A stretch of 64,000 nt of DNA from Lytechinus pictus (lineage: Eukaryota), in NCBI RefSeq assembly GCF_037042905.1, contig NC_087252.1, forward strand, positions 558,001-622,000. Direction: 5' to 3'. Positions 12,467 through 24,861 of this stretch are shown piece after piece (position 1 is the first letter of the stretch; every line of letters starts with the position of its first letter). The notes beneath the pieces were generated by a model. That model was not told where the DNA came from. It saw only the letters and a list, made by a program, of their open reading frames with translations, and ran no database searches. The translations under genes and the position numbers were made by a program.

Positions 12467-12692
12467 TCTCTCTAAATACAATCTAATCCCTAATAACACT
12501 CCACTTGGAGTGATACTGGGGACCAATTCCTTTGGAGTGAAATGTATATTCTTATGGAGTGAATTATGACCCCCTTTTGCAGTGAACTACAAGGAGTGGC
12601 ACATGCAATTCACTCCAAAGGAATTGGTCCCTAGTATCACTCCATCAGGAGTGTTATCGGGGACAAGATTAGTTATTTTGCATTTAAAGAGT
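12467..12692. mobile_element. MITE, same family as 13749-14026
   Basis: CTCTCTAAATACAA...TAATAACACTCC / GGAGTGTTATC...TTGCATTTAAAGAG inverted ends; internal GGGACCAATTCC / GGAATTGGTCCC. Confidence 0.65.
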
Positions 12693-12788
12693 AGTACTAG
12701 TAAGTCGTTTACCCCTCTTCTCTCTTTTTTCTCTCTCTTCCTCTTAGTTTCATGAATAAATCTTCTTGAACTTAAAACACTGATCATG

Positions 12789-12821
<33 letters not shown>

Positions 12822-12986
12822 TATTTGAGTTTCGTCAGACGTGTATCAATCAGATATGATAATTTACATCTGGGACCGACATTTAACGTCACCATCCGAA
12901 AGACGTGACCAGGACTCGAACCTCTGCGTCAACTTGTAACTTCCCCACATAGCTTGGATTACAGGCGCACGCCACAACGCCCAGTC
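12789..12986 (-). mobile_element. SINE with 7SL (SRP RNA)-like head, Pol III B-box and (CA)n tail
   Basis: Minus strand begins GACTGGGCGTTGTGGCGTGCGCCTGTAATCCAAGCTA (cf. 7SL/Alu GCCGGGCGCGGTGGCGCGTGCCTGTAGTCCCAGCTA); GGTTCGAGTCC B-box at 12922-12912; ends in (CA)n. Confidence 0.65.
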
Positions 12987-13351
12987 AAGATACTTACAAG
13001 AGATTTGGTAAGAGATTTGCAATAGTCTTGTTATAAATTGAATATTATCATTATGTTATTCAATCAGTATCCGAAATGAGTAAGATAGGTTGAACAAATT
13101 AATTTTCTATAACTGATAACAGAGATTACAGAAAAAAATGAAAAAATATTCAATATTTTCATACATTCAATTCAAATCGAATAACATTTTTTGTCAATTT
13201 CACACATTTCTACATTGCTATGAACATACATTCATACAAGTATCAGTTTGTCGTGAAGAATAAAAGTATGTACATGCTATGTTTATAGAAGAAGGCGTAT
13301 AAACTGAAAGCAAATGTCTGTGGCAGGATACGCCAGTCTACAAAAACACAA

Positions 13352-13677
13352 TACACTGTTAGAAAAAACAGAAGATTTTACAGAAGAAAAAAAAAAAACA
13401 GATTTTACAGAAAGATGCAATTAAATCATTTTGAAAATTGTTAAAACATGAAAGATTTTACACAATTTTTAAAGAATTTTACAGAAGAGGTCTGTTTTAA
13501 AAATGGGGAAAACGGTTTTATTACAATAAATGTGTAAGGTTACATACACCAAATATCGATTTCTGTAATTTTACACAAATGCATGTAAGATTACTCAGAA
13601 CAGTAAGATTACAGGTGTTCTCGAGACTCTGCTGCAGGAATTTCGGTTTTTTTAAGTAGAATTTTTTTAACAATGTG
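13352..13677. mobile_element. CACTG-ended MITE (EnSpm/CACTA-like)
   Basis: CACTGTTAGAAAAA ... TTTTTTAACAATGTG inverted ends; internal ttttacag repeats. Confidence 0.5.
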
Positions 13678-13748
13678 CAGTAAACAATAAACAATACATA
13701 TGAATACAGTGAGCAAAAAAAAAACCCACATGAATTAAAGGCAAATAT

Positions 13749-14026
13749 ACTCTCTAAATGCAAAGGAGCTAATCTCGTCTCTAATCACGCTCCTTTTAGA
13801 GTGAGACAAGGGACTAGTCCTGGTGGAATGAAATTTCAATCTTTCAAGAGTGAATTTTTACCTCTTTTGTGTGAAAGTGTAGAGAAGATGCACTTTCACT
13901 CAAAAAATGTAAAAAATCCACTCTTGAAAGATTAAAATCTCATTCCATCAGGACTGGTCCCTCAATCATCTCACTCTGAGAGGAGTGTTATTAGGGACGA
14001 GATAAGATCCTTTGCATTTAGAGAGT
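13749..14026. mobile_element. Palindromic MITE
   Basis: ACTCTCTAAATGCAAAGGA ... TCCTTTGCATTTAGAGAGT; arms complementary along most of the length. Confidence 0.75.
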
Positions 14027-14597
14027 ATTAAAAAATAGTTGCATGAAAATTCCGAATGTTGATCTCTGCTCTACTATTATTGTTAGCAACACACATGCTA
14101 AAGATACAATTTTCTCCTATAATATGCACATCCCTCACTTTTTAGTTTGAAATGTAAAGGTTAAAGAGACATGATAAGGGGTACTCTAGACTGAAATTGT
14201 ATGATTCTTACTGATGAAGAGAAATCAGACAAAAGGAAAAAAACACGATAAATATCAACATCAAGGGAGGGCAGAGCCACTTTTAAAAACTTTGCATTAT
14301 TTCGGTGAAACAATGCTATACATGTCCATAGAATATTCAATGAGCAAATTGACGATGTCATATCCCCACTTGTTCTTTTATATTTTATTATATGAAATTA
14401 TGTTTTTTCAAATTTATTTCTCTAAGAAAAAGACTAAATAGACAACTGATTTGATATATTAGCTTATCAGTGTTGCCACTTATAGTTAATCATAATGGAG
14501 ACATAACACATATGTTTGCAAATAATATAAAAAATAATGATTTTGTGGTACCATAAGAAAAAAAAATGGCGGACCTTACATCATCAGACCCCCTTAT

Positions 14598-14846
14598 CAC
14601 TGGCGGATCCAGGGGGGCACATTCGACCCGTGCCCCCCTTTGAGAGGCAAAATTGAAATTTTTAATATAAAAATGCCGTTAAAACAGAAGTGTGCCCTCG
14701 TTTTGAAAGTGAAGACCCTTTTTTATGCTTGTTAATTTTTTACGGGGAGGAAATATCCTTTATTTTTGGTTGAAAATTTTTTTTTTCTTGTCGAAATTTT
14801 CCTCGAAAAAATGTGCCCCCCTGGAAAATCCTGGATCAGCCCCTGC
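14598..14846. mobile_element. hAT-like MITE
   Basis: CACTGGCGGATCCAGG ... CCTGGATCAGCCCCTG ends; absent from the paralogous units; related left end at ~48524. Confidence 0.6.
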
Positions 14847-15891
14847 AATTAATGGATTTTAATGATGACGCGGATATAACGTCATCATGAACCAGCATTT
14901 GGCTCAATTGATCTTTCCTCATTTAGTACAGACATCTTTATATTTTTAGTCCTGAGCATCCATTTTAGAATATAAATGAAAGTTAATAATTCTAAAGCAT
15001 TTTGTAAATCTAAAGTTCTTAAGCAATGTAAATTATTATTAGATATTCTTTTAAATTTCATCAACTATGGGTTATAAGTAATGATTCAATTCCAATGAAA
15101 TTCTTTATTTCATTTCCATTCAAAGATAGTTCACAGTATTATTCGTAAATCAGATACAAGTACCCGCGAAAGATGGTGCTATGTACTTGTGTAATCAAAC
15201 CAACATTGTACTATCAGATAAAATTAAATTCCATGTAGCTATTTTTGAAAGATGACGCGAAAGATCCCACATATATATCTTAATTGTATTTCAGTTATTA
15301 ATCACGTGCCACTAAACCCACCGCAATTTCCTTTATTGACCTGTGATATTTTTCATTGTAAGAAATTATTCCCACAATTCGTCTTTAAGGTCACCGCACA
15401 CCTTACGACTGGTCCAACAATCGCATTTTGTGCATTTTCTAAAAATGTGACTGAAAAGTACATTTTTTAAAAGGTTAATTAGCTGTTATAAACCCAATAT
15501 AACAATTATAAAAATAATTACACGCCAACTAACGAACGTAGAGGGCAGCCACGCCCCGCAGTGCTTCAATACAACTACTGTATGAATAAATGAAAATGCT
15601 TTATATCTGTTAAACATTTTGAACACACATGCACTTTTATAATATGTTGACGTTGAAGCGGATTTTCTTTCTTAATCGGATAAATAAAAAATCTTTGCCA
15701 GACGGGTGCGATATTTTCCCCGTCAGTAATTAATGTGTACCCGACGCGAAAGAGCAGTGTGCCATTGCCGTAACTTCATGAAAAAGTCTACGGAAATGAC
15801 GATTTAATAGGGTTTATTTAGTCAGATTACGTACGCCTCTTAAATATATTGATGGCGACACGAATAGTTAAAGTACAGTGACCTTTCCGAG

Positions 15892-16195
15892 CCATCGATC
15901 AGCTCGATTGATGTGGCTTAATCAGTAAGCCACACACATCGATCAACTCGATGGGTGTAGCTTAACCAGGAAGCCACACCCGTCGCACAGCTCGAGTGAT
16001 GTGGCTTAATCAGTAAGCCACACCCATCGATCAGCTTGATTGGTGTCGCTTAATCAGTAAGCCACACCCATCGATCAGCTCGATGGGTGTGCCTTAATCA
16101 GTAAGCCACATCCATCGATCAGCTCGATGGGTGTGCCTTAATCAGTAAGCCACACCCATCGATCAGCTTGATTGATGTGCCTTAATCAATAAGCC
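15892..16195. repeat. 7 x 44-bp tandem minisatellite made of two palindromes
   Basis: Unit CCATCGATCAGCTCGATGGGTGTGGCTTAATCAGTAAGCCACAC; ATCGATC registers at 15894, 15938, 15982, 16026, 16070, 16114, 16158. Confidence 0.95.
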
Positions 16196-16430
16196 GATCC
16201 TGCAGTCGAGTCCATGGACGCGGGATCAAGTCTCGCCTTTTCAAGGATTTTTTTTAAATTAAAAATTGAGTCAAGTCTCAAGTTCATTATCTATAGTCTG
16301 ATTCAGAGCTTCCAAAACAGCCCCCTCTCGTGTCGATTGCACAAGTACTGACAGAAGAATATCCCAGAGGGGACCCAGGATTAGTATGACTAGTCTTCCA
16401 TATATATATGGATGAAATCATGTAGTGCTA

Positions 16431-16561
16431 CTATGTCTCCTTAATGATGACTTGGCATACCAAGGTATATGTATTACGATATGGAACATCATGCATCTTA
16501 CCCTCTGTCATCCTCGAAGCCACACAATCATTGACATTGTCAGGTTGGTTCAAGCCCCATT
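16431..16561 (-). CDS. Lectin copy A last exon (CTLD C-terminal half, QPD)
   Basis: [43 protein letters not shown]; acceptor cttcttag. Confidence 0.85.
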
Positions 16562-19500
16562 CTAAGAAGGTATAAGAAAAGATAAAGAGATTTATTAGAA
16601 AATTATCTCATGCTCATGATCAACTTCGCTCGAATGGCTTTCACATTTTTCATTAGGATGAGCACTAAGTTAACACTTTAAAATGAAGATGTTTTCTGGA
16701 TATGACACCTTGTAAATTGGTTATAGATTTGGTTCACCATACGATTGTGGAGAAGCTGCTCACATATGACGTCATAAATCAAACATTTGAAATTCCTATA
16801 ACTTTTTAAATCTGTAATTGAGTTTCCTCAAACCTTTACCAATATTTTGGATTATTCATTAATTTATTCATTTTTATTACAATATTTTTTTTGTCAGGGC
16901 GAACTTTCCTATTTAAAGCTTAGTTTATTTTAACATATCATTATCATTTAATTAGCTACAAAATTCACTTTTCGGAAAATGACAAAGGGAATGTTTTCAT
17001 GGAGCCAGAAAAATAATTTGCATGTATATTGGCATGGTCAATTAATGCGTATGAAGCCTGAAGTTGGGGGTTGAATCCTCATTATTATCACCTTCATCAT
17101 TAAAAATATGTACAAATATTTCCATTCTACTTCATAAATGTATTAATTAATTTAATCAATTTTATTTCTGGGTTGTCATTTCTTTCAAGCGAACTGCTTC
17201 TAATGACAATCCTTCTCCTGCAAACTGTAAATGTTAAAATTGTTTGGTTGTAGATCATTTTTGTTTAGAATAACTTGTTATTTAGTCAATTTTTTTCCTT
17301 CATGATTGCCAAAAACAATAATCAATATATCATGTTATGTAATGAAAAAATGTATCATATACGAATGTTATTAAATGCAAAGAAAACGATGAACCAAATC
17401 AAATCCGCAACTCGGAATTCATTGGACGCGCCACTTAATCTGACCCCTTACTTTTAAATCTTTTGATACCAAAATGCGACTCCTGGGTACGCGGTTGCAA
17501 AATTACGCATTGTGTAAGTGAATTTCAGACCCGAAATTGCCCCAAAACATGTTTTGGAGTACAAAGTCAATTCAAAGTGGGTTTTCTAATCTTCATAAAG
17601 ATGTGAATATTTTCAGTTTCACCAGCTGACATAAATTGGTTCAAGAATAATAATGTTTCAAAATGTTTATGCAGTAAAATTTTCGCAAAAACAACGAAAA
17701 CAATAGAGCGACAAACAATTGTAATTTCGTTCGTAATGATATTCCTTATTAGTTAAATTTATGTGTATTTTACTTTGTCCTGCGAAATATTTCTCGATTC
17801 AGTTGGGATTAAGTCTTGAATAAATCTTCAAATAAAAAATTAATTGCTTGCCTCAATGGTTTAGGGCAAGAGGAAGCGGCGTCCTTTTTCGAAAAAAAAG
17901 TAATATCATGACTTGACACATAGAAAATTGTCTTGTTGACCCTCAGCCTCGTGCAGTGGCGTACCGTGGGTCACGGCATTGGGGACACCTGCAAAAAATG
18001 TCATTCTCTTTAATAACAGTGAGCGCGCTCAGTTGCTTGGTATACTGACCTAATAAAGACATTTTTAAGCACAGTACCATTAAACGGACATGTATCTCAC
18101 TGATCAATAATGCGAGCGCCAAGCGCAAGCTGAAATATTTGTATATTGACCCCAAATAGGGATATTGTAAGGACTATTTTTTTAAGGAATCCATTAAGAG
18201 TATACATGAACATATCTCACCATATTCATCTAGTGCGAGTGTTAAGCGCTTGCTGATTTTGGTATAATTACATTTGAACATATGAAACACTTTTTGTAGT
18301 CATAGTAATCATGATTATAATATGCATCTGAGTACTCAAATATTGCGAGCGCGAAGTGCGAGCTGAAAATTTAGGAAATTCAGACCTAAAGAGGGGCATT
18401 TTAAGGCTTGTTTGTAGGAATTCACGAAGAACATACATACTTCACTTACCAAATGATGCGAGCGCGAATCGGGAGCAGAAAATTTTTGTATTCAGATCAG
18501 AAAAAGGACATTTTAAGGACGGATTTTTGGAATTCATGGAGAGCAGACATATCTCTTAATGTGAACGTAAGCATGGGCAGGAAATGTTTTATATTTAGAC
18601 CTTAAAATGGGGCAATCACTTTAAGTAGTCATGAAAAAGAATAATAATCACTCGAAGTGCGAGGAAATATATTTGGTGTATATTGACTTGAAAACGGGAG
18701 GTTTTAGTACATCAGGATTATATATTTCGTTAAACAGAGAATGCGAGCACCAGGGACAATGAAGTCATAGGCCCTGGGCAAATTATGTTTCATAAAGTTT
18801 TTGAAAAAAAATGTTTCTTATATAATATAACATAACAAACTGTATAATATAACATTGGAATGAACATTTATTTCTTCTTTCCCACTGCGCTTCTCTTCCT
18901 TTCTCCCTCTTTTTCTTCTTTTCCCCTTTTTTGGTCAGCCGATGGGGGGGGGGGGGGGGGGCACGTGCCTCCATGCCCCTCGTAGTTACGTCACTGGCCT
19001 CGTGGACCCTTGGTCTCGTGCACCATCAGCCACATGGGATAACCCCAGGGTTCTTAGAAACGAACATAGAGGCAGCATTCCCTCTACGCTCGTTGGATTT
19101 TTACTTACTTCGGTAGTCAGTTTGTGTGTCGCGTCTGTCAGTGTAGCAGTGGTATGATCCGCTTATTCTTATACAGTTCAACCAGATCCATCCATCGGTA
19201 ATGAGAGTCTTTAAGATGACGTACTCTTCATCACTCTCTACGGAGACTAGGGTAGGGTCCTCCATGATCCCGTTACCCATGGCAACAGCATCCAAACTAT
19301 TACAGTGGTCTTTAGCTGCTTGGTAAGACGCGGATGAGGATGTTACCAGGAAACATTTGGTGCCCGCATACTCCCAATCGGCTGGACAAACTTGATAAAA
19401 GGATAAAACGTGGATCACACGATTCATGTAACAGACTTCAACAGACCGATTCAGTTTGTTTGATGTTTTATCAAACAAATTCTAGATGAAGGTTCAAGTT

Positions 19501-22500
19501 CAGGTACAGTTTGTATAATGAAAGATAACTTATGCACTGGCATAGCAAATTATATGGATTATCATAACATACTGAAAGTGCTTTTGTTCTTCTTTGGGAG
19601 CCTCCACCCCACCCCAATCGCCATTAGCATAATAAGGAACCAGGCCAATAACACTCTGACTCTAATGAGGCTAATTATGTATTCATGTGGTCTTATCTGA
19701 AGCCCGATTCCCACCAAAGCTGGGGAATGGGGGTTTTTCATCATATTCTTGTGACGTCATCACTTATTACATAATATTCTGCCTAGAATATTCATGAGGC
19801 GTAGTCTGCATAAATAAACCCAATTGGGTCATGACCATGGGAAGCAAGGTGCTGGGGTATAATTGTCAATAAGCAGCACCCTCAGATATTCTGGAAGATG
19901 TATACAAATTGAAAAATGTAACTTTTGTAGTGAAACTCCTTTTTTTTCTTTAATTTTCAAATTTCTCGTTAATAATGTGACCTCGAATTTGTAACTCTTC
20001 TTTTTGCCTTTCAAATTTACATTAGCGACCCCACTTAAAATTGTTCCCAGGGCCCAGAATTGGGTAATATTTATGTTAATTTACCCATATCATTATTGGG
20101 CGAAAAATACGCTTGCCCTCATGAATTAAAGAGCTCTGAAGTCATATTCAGCTGATGTATGCATAGTATTCGAATCGCGAGTGCACTGTAAAGCACATCG
20201 AATACAATTTTCAAAACAGAAGCTTAAGTAAAGGCCAAGTCTACCCCAGAAAAATGTAATTAATAAAGAAAAAAAATCAGACAACCGTAATGCTGAAAAT
20301 TTCATCAAAATCGGATTTAAAATAAGAAAGTTATGACATTTAAAAGTTTCGCTTATTTTTCACAAAATAGTTACGTGCACAATTTAGTCGCATGTAAATG
20401 ACAGTCGATGATATCCCTTACTCACTATTCATTTTTTTATTTTTTGCGTTATATAATATTTCAATCTGTCGGATTTGACAATAAGAAACAACTTAACTAA
20501 AAAAGTTTAACGATTGTATGTAGTTCCACGTGTTCTGAGAGAAATAAAACTTTGTTTCACAGTACAATGGGGAGAAAATTAGAATATTTCTTATTTCATA
20601 TAATAAGATATAAAAGAAACAGTTAGTGATGTCATTAGTCCTTTCATTTGCACACGACCGGGATATGCATATTATTGTTTTGTGAAATTAAGCGAAACTT
20701 TAAAATGTCATTACTTTTCTATTTCACATCCGTTTTAGATAAAACATTTTTAGTGATATGCTGGTTGGATTTTCTCTATTTATTCAAATCAACGTCTTGT
20801 TGGGGTGGACTTGTGGTTAATGCAATAGATCTAAAACAAGAACAAATATATTCATTATAACTACATGCTATATTTGGAGATTAAAACTAAGGTATAAAAT
20901 TCCAATGAGATTTATGATCATGAATATGAATTTCCTGATTTCACCTCTAATTTAGAAAATATTCAAGCAGTTCTTTAAACAGGACGACTATTCAACTTTG
21001 AAGGTCAAGTCCGCACAAGGAAAATGTTGATCTGAATAAATAGAGAAAAATCAAAACCAGCATATTGCTGAAAATTTAATCAAAATCGATTGTAAAATAA
21101 GAAAGTTATGACATTTTAAAGTTTCGCTTACTTTTCACAAAATAGTTACGTGCACAATTTAGTCGCATGTAAATGACAGTCGATGATATCCCTTACTCAC
21201 TATTCATTTTTTTATTTTTTGCGTTATATAATATTTCAATCTGTCGGATTTGACAATAAGAAACAACTTAACTAAAAAAGTTTAACAATTGTATGTAGTT
21301 CCACGTGTTCTGAGAGAAATAAAACTTTGTTTCACAGTACAATGGGGAGAAAATTAGAATATTTCTTATGTCATATAATAAGATATAAAAGAAACAGTTA
21401 GTGATGTCATTAGTCCCTTCATTTGCACACGACCGGGATATGCATATTATTGTTTTGTGAAATTAAGCGAAACTTTAAAATGTCATTACTTTTCTATTTC
21501 ACATCCGTTTTAGATAAAATTTTTTTAGTGATATGCTGGTTGGATTTTCTCTATTTATTCAAATCAACGTCTTGTTGGGGTGGACTTGTAGTTAATGCAA
21601 TAGATCTAAAACAAGAACAAATATATTCATTATAACTACATGCTATATTTGGAGATTAAAACTAGGGTATAAAATTCCAATGAGATTTATGATCATGAAT
21701 ATGAATTTCCTGATTTCACCTCTAATTTTAGAAAATATTCAAGCAGTTCTTTAAACAGGACGACTATTCAACTTTGAAGGTCAAGTCCGCACAAGGAAAA
21801 TGTTGATCTGAATAAATAGAGAAAAATCAAAACCAGCATATTGCTGAAAATTTAATCAAAATCGATTGTAAAATAAGAAAGTTATGACATTTTAAAGTTT
21901 CGCTTACTTTTCACAAAACAGTGATATGCACAAGTCAGTGACATTAATAAGTCGGTCGATGATGTCCATCACTCACTATTTCTTTTATTTTTTATTGCTT
22001 GAATCGTAAATTATTTCATTTTTTACAGATTTAACAATAAGGACCAACTTGACTGCATCATATAGTATTATTATGTTCAGAGAGGAATCGTTGTTGTTTC
22101 ACATGACAATGAGGAGAAAATTAGAATATTTCATATAATAAAATACAAAGGAAATAGTGAGTGGATGACGTCATCAGTCTCCTCATTTGCATACCAGCTA
22201 GTATATGCATATAATTGTTTTGTGAAATTAAGCGAAATTTTAAAATGTCATAGCTTTCTTACTTTACATCTGATTTTGATGATATTTTCAGTGTTATGTG
22301 TGTTGGATTTTCCTCTTTTTATTCAATCACTTTTTTGTTGGGGTGGACTTGTCCTTTAAGGAACAATATATGAACAGTAAAATAACTGAAGAAGAAAAGA
22401 TTGTGAAACTTAACAATCAATCAAAAGGCATACGATTACATGAACACTAACAATACTGAAAATGGTTATCAAACTGAATGACGGAAAAATGTAACTGAGA

Positions 22501-23135
22501 ATACCAACATACCACTCCTTGATGTATTTTAAACTAGATTAAAGTCAGGACCAGTAGTTAATTTTCTTAAAGTGGTAAAAAAAAACCTGGTACTAGAGAG
22601 GACAATATCTACTACTTTAAGAAGATCAGTTTTTCAGTTTAATGCAATACAAATCTTATATATGCTTACTTGGAATCTCACAATTCTTTCCAAGATATGC
22701 CTCAAGACAGGAGCAGCTATAGCCATCCAATTCTTCCTTGCAGAATCCTCCATTCTGACACGGATTAGAGTAACATGCTGTAAAAGGGATATTAAAAAAA
22801 TGGTGACTCCACTGTACTATATAGCTGCCGGGTGGGTGTTTCATAAAGTTGTTTGTAAGTTAAGAGCGGCTTTACGAACGACTGGTGAAACTCTCTTACC
22901 CGCTAAATAACCCCGAATTTACATTTAATGTTGAATATCATTTACCACAAGGAAGGATCACTAGTCGTTCTTAAACTCACTCTTAACTTACGGATAGCTT
23001 TATAAAACGGCCCCAGATCTATTTCGAATACATTCTAGGTTTATTTTGTCATCATAACTGCATACCAGTGGTAATTTTGAAATATTATTTCTGAATCCAT
23101 TTGGAAAAATAAAGATATTCTACTACTACTACCAA

Positions 23136-23190
<55 letters not shown>

Positions 23191-23399
23191 GCTGCTACTA
23201 CTACTACTACTACCACTACTACTACTACTACTACTACTGCTGCTACTACTACTACTACTACTGCTACTACTACTACTACTTCTACTACTACTACTAGTAT
23301 AATTATTATAATTGTTGTTGTTATTAAAGGGTTAAAGTAAATAGCTTACTAATACTTACTAATACTACTTCTACTCCTCCTCCTACTATTCTATTCCTT

Positions 23400-23452
<53 letters not shown>

Positions 23453-24823
23453 GCTATTACTACTACTACTACTACTACTGCTACTACTACTACTTTTACT
23501 TCTACTACTTTCACTGGAAACTGGAATCTTTGCTAAACATTATGTTTGATGAAAATAATACCTGGAAATGCACAATACATGTTAGTTTTGTTCCGTGCTC
23601 TATGTAGCACTCTGACGTGCTGAGGTGTTGACCGGCACTTTCCATCACCACGCACTGAAAATACATCATGATAAGTTAAGAAAAAAACAAAACATAGAAT
23701 TAAACATAGTTGTAATAGAAGAAGATGATGAAAGTAGAAGAAGAAGAAGAAGAAGAAAAGAAGACGAAGAAGAAGAAGAAGAAAAAGAGAAAGAAGAAGA
23801 AGAAGAAGAAGAGAGGAGACTAAAAAAGAGCAAGAGCAAAACCAAACAAAGAAGAGAGGAGGGAGGAGGAAAAGGAGAAAAATACAATTAATTGAATCAT
23901 AAGACATTATGGAATCAGGGCAATGGCACTATTTTGAAAATAAGTTTATAATTTCTCGTCATATTCATCTTCAGTTAACTCAGTATTTAAAATTCATTGT
24001 TTGATGACTCGCACATAAAACAAAAACATCTGATCTATTCACGAAGGTAAACACATGAACACAATCATTTAGACCCCATGTATACACCCCCTAAAAAACA
24101 ACAACAACATAATTTAACAACCAGTAGCCACTAAGACATCAGAGAGATCCGAAAGAGTTGATGATAAATACCAGTTGTCACGATTTCAAAATGTGTTCGT
24201 ACAGAATCCAATGAAATGACCATTAAGTGTGTGTATGTATAAATAAGAATTATGTGCCTAAGGACTCTGGAAAAAATAGTATTTGCTTAGAAATTGACAA
24301 AATAGGCATGGCATTCCATTAAAATATCAGGGGGGGGGGGTCACCAAGATTTAAATATGACGTATAGAGCGTTGCAAGAAATCTTAAATCTTTGTAAAAC
24401 ACCCCTGGTTTTTTTCCTAGTCAATAATAATACACTGTCCCACGTGTATAGTGATCCGAAAGAGTTAAAGTAAATAGCTTACCGTCGAATGGTTGATTGA
24501 GAATAGAGAATACCACGATAAGGAGCTTTGAAGAGTTCTTAAATAAATCGAAAGAATACAATGATGAATCATTATGAAAAAATAATATACAGCACATGCA
24601 TGATAACACTGAATGATAATAAATAGTGATAAATACTAAAATACTACTACTACTTCTAGTAATACCACTACCACTTCTACTACTACTACTACTACCACTA
24701 CTACTTCTATTACTACTACTGCTACTACTGCTACTACTACTACTACTACTACTGCTACTACTACTACTACCACTACTACTATTACTACTTTTACAACTTT
24801 TACTACTATTACTACTACTACTT

Positions 24824-24861
<38 letters not shown>

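Noticed and set aside
12940..12986. Functional 7SL RNA gene or human Alu contamination
   Set aside because: Only the first ~40 nt resemble 7SL; no S domain, no Alu body or poly-A; embedded in native repeats.
15892..16195. CRISPR-like appearance of the palindromic 44-bp array
   Set aside because: Units are contiguous with no unique spacers, no cas genes, eukaryotic context.
20648..21635. Duplicated 70-aa ORFs
   Set aside because: Chance ORFs in duplicated MITE sequence within an intron.
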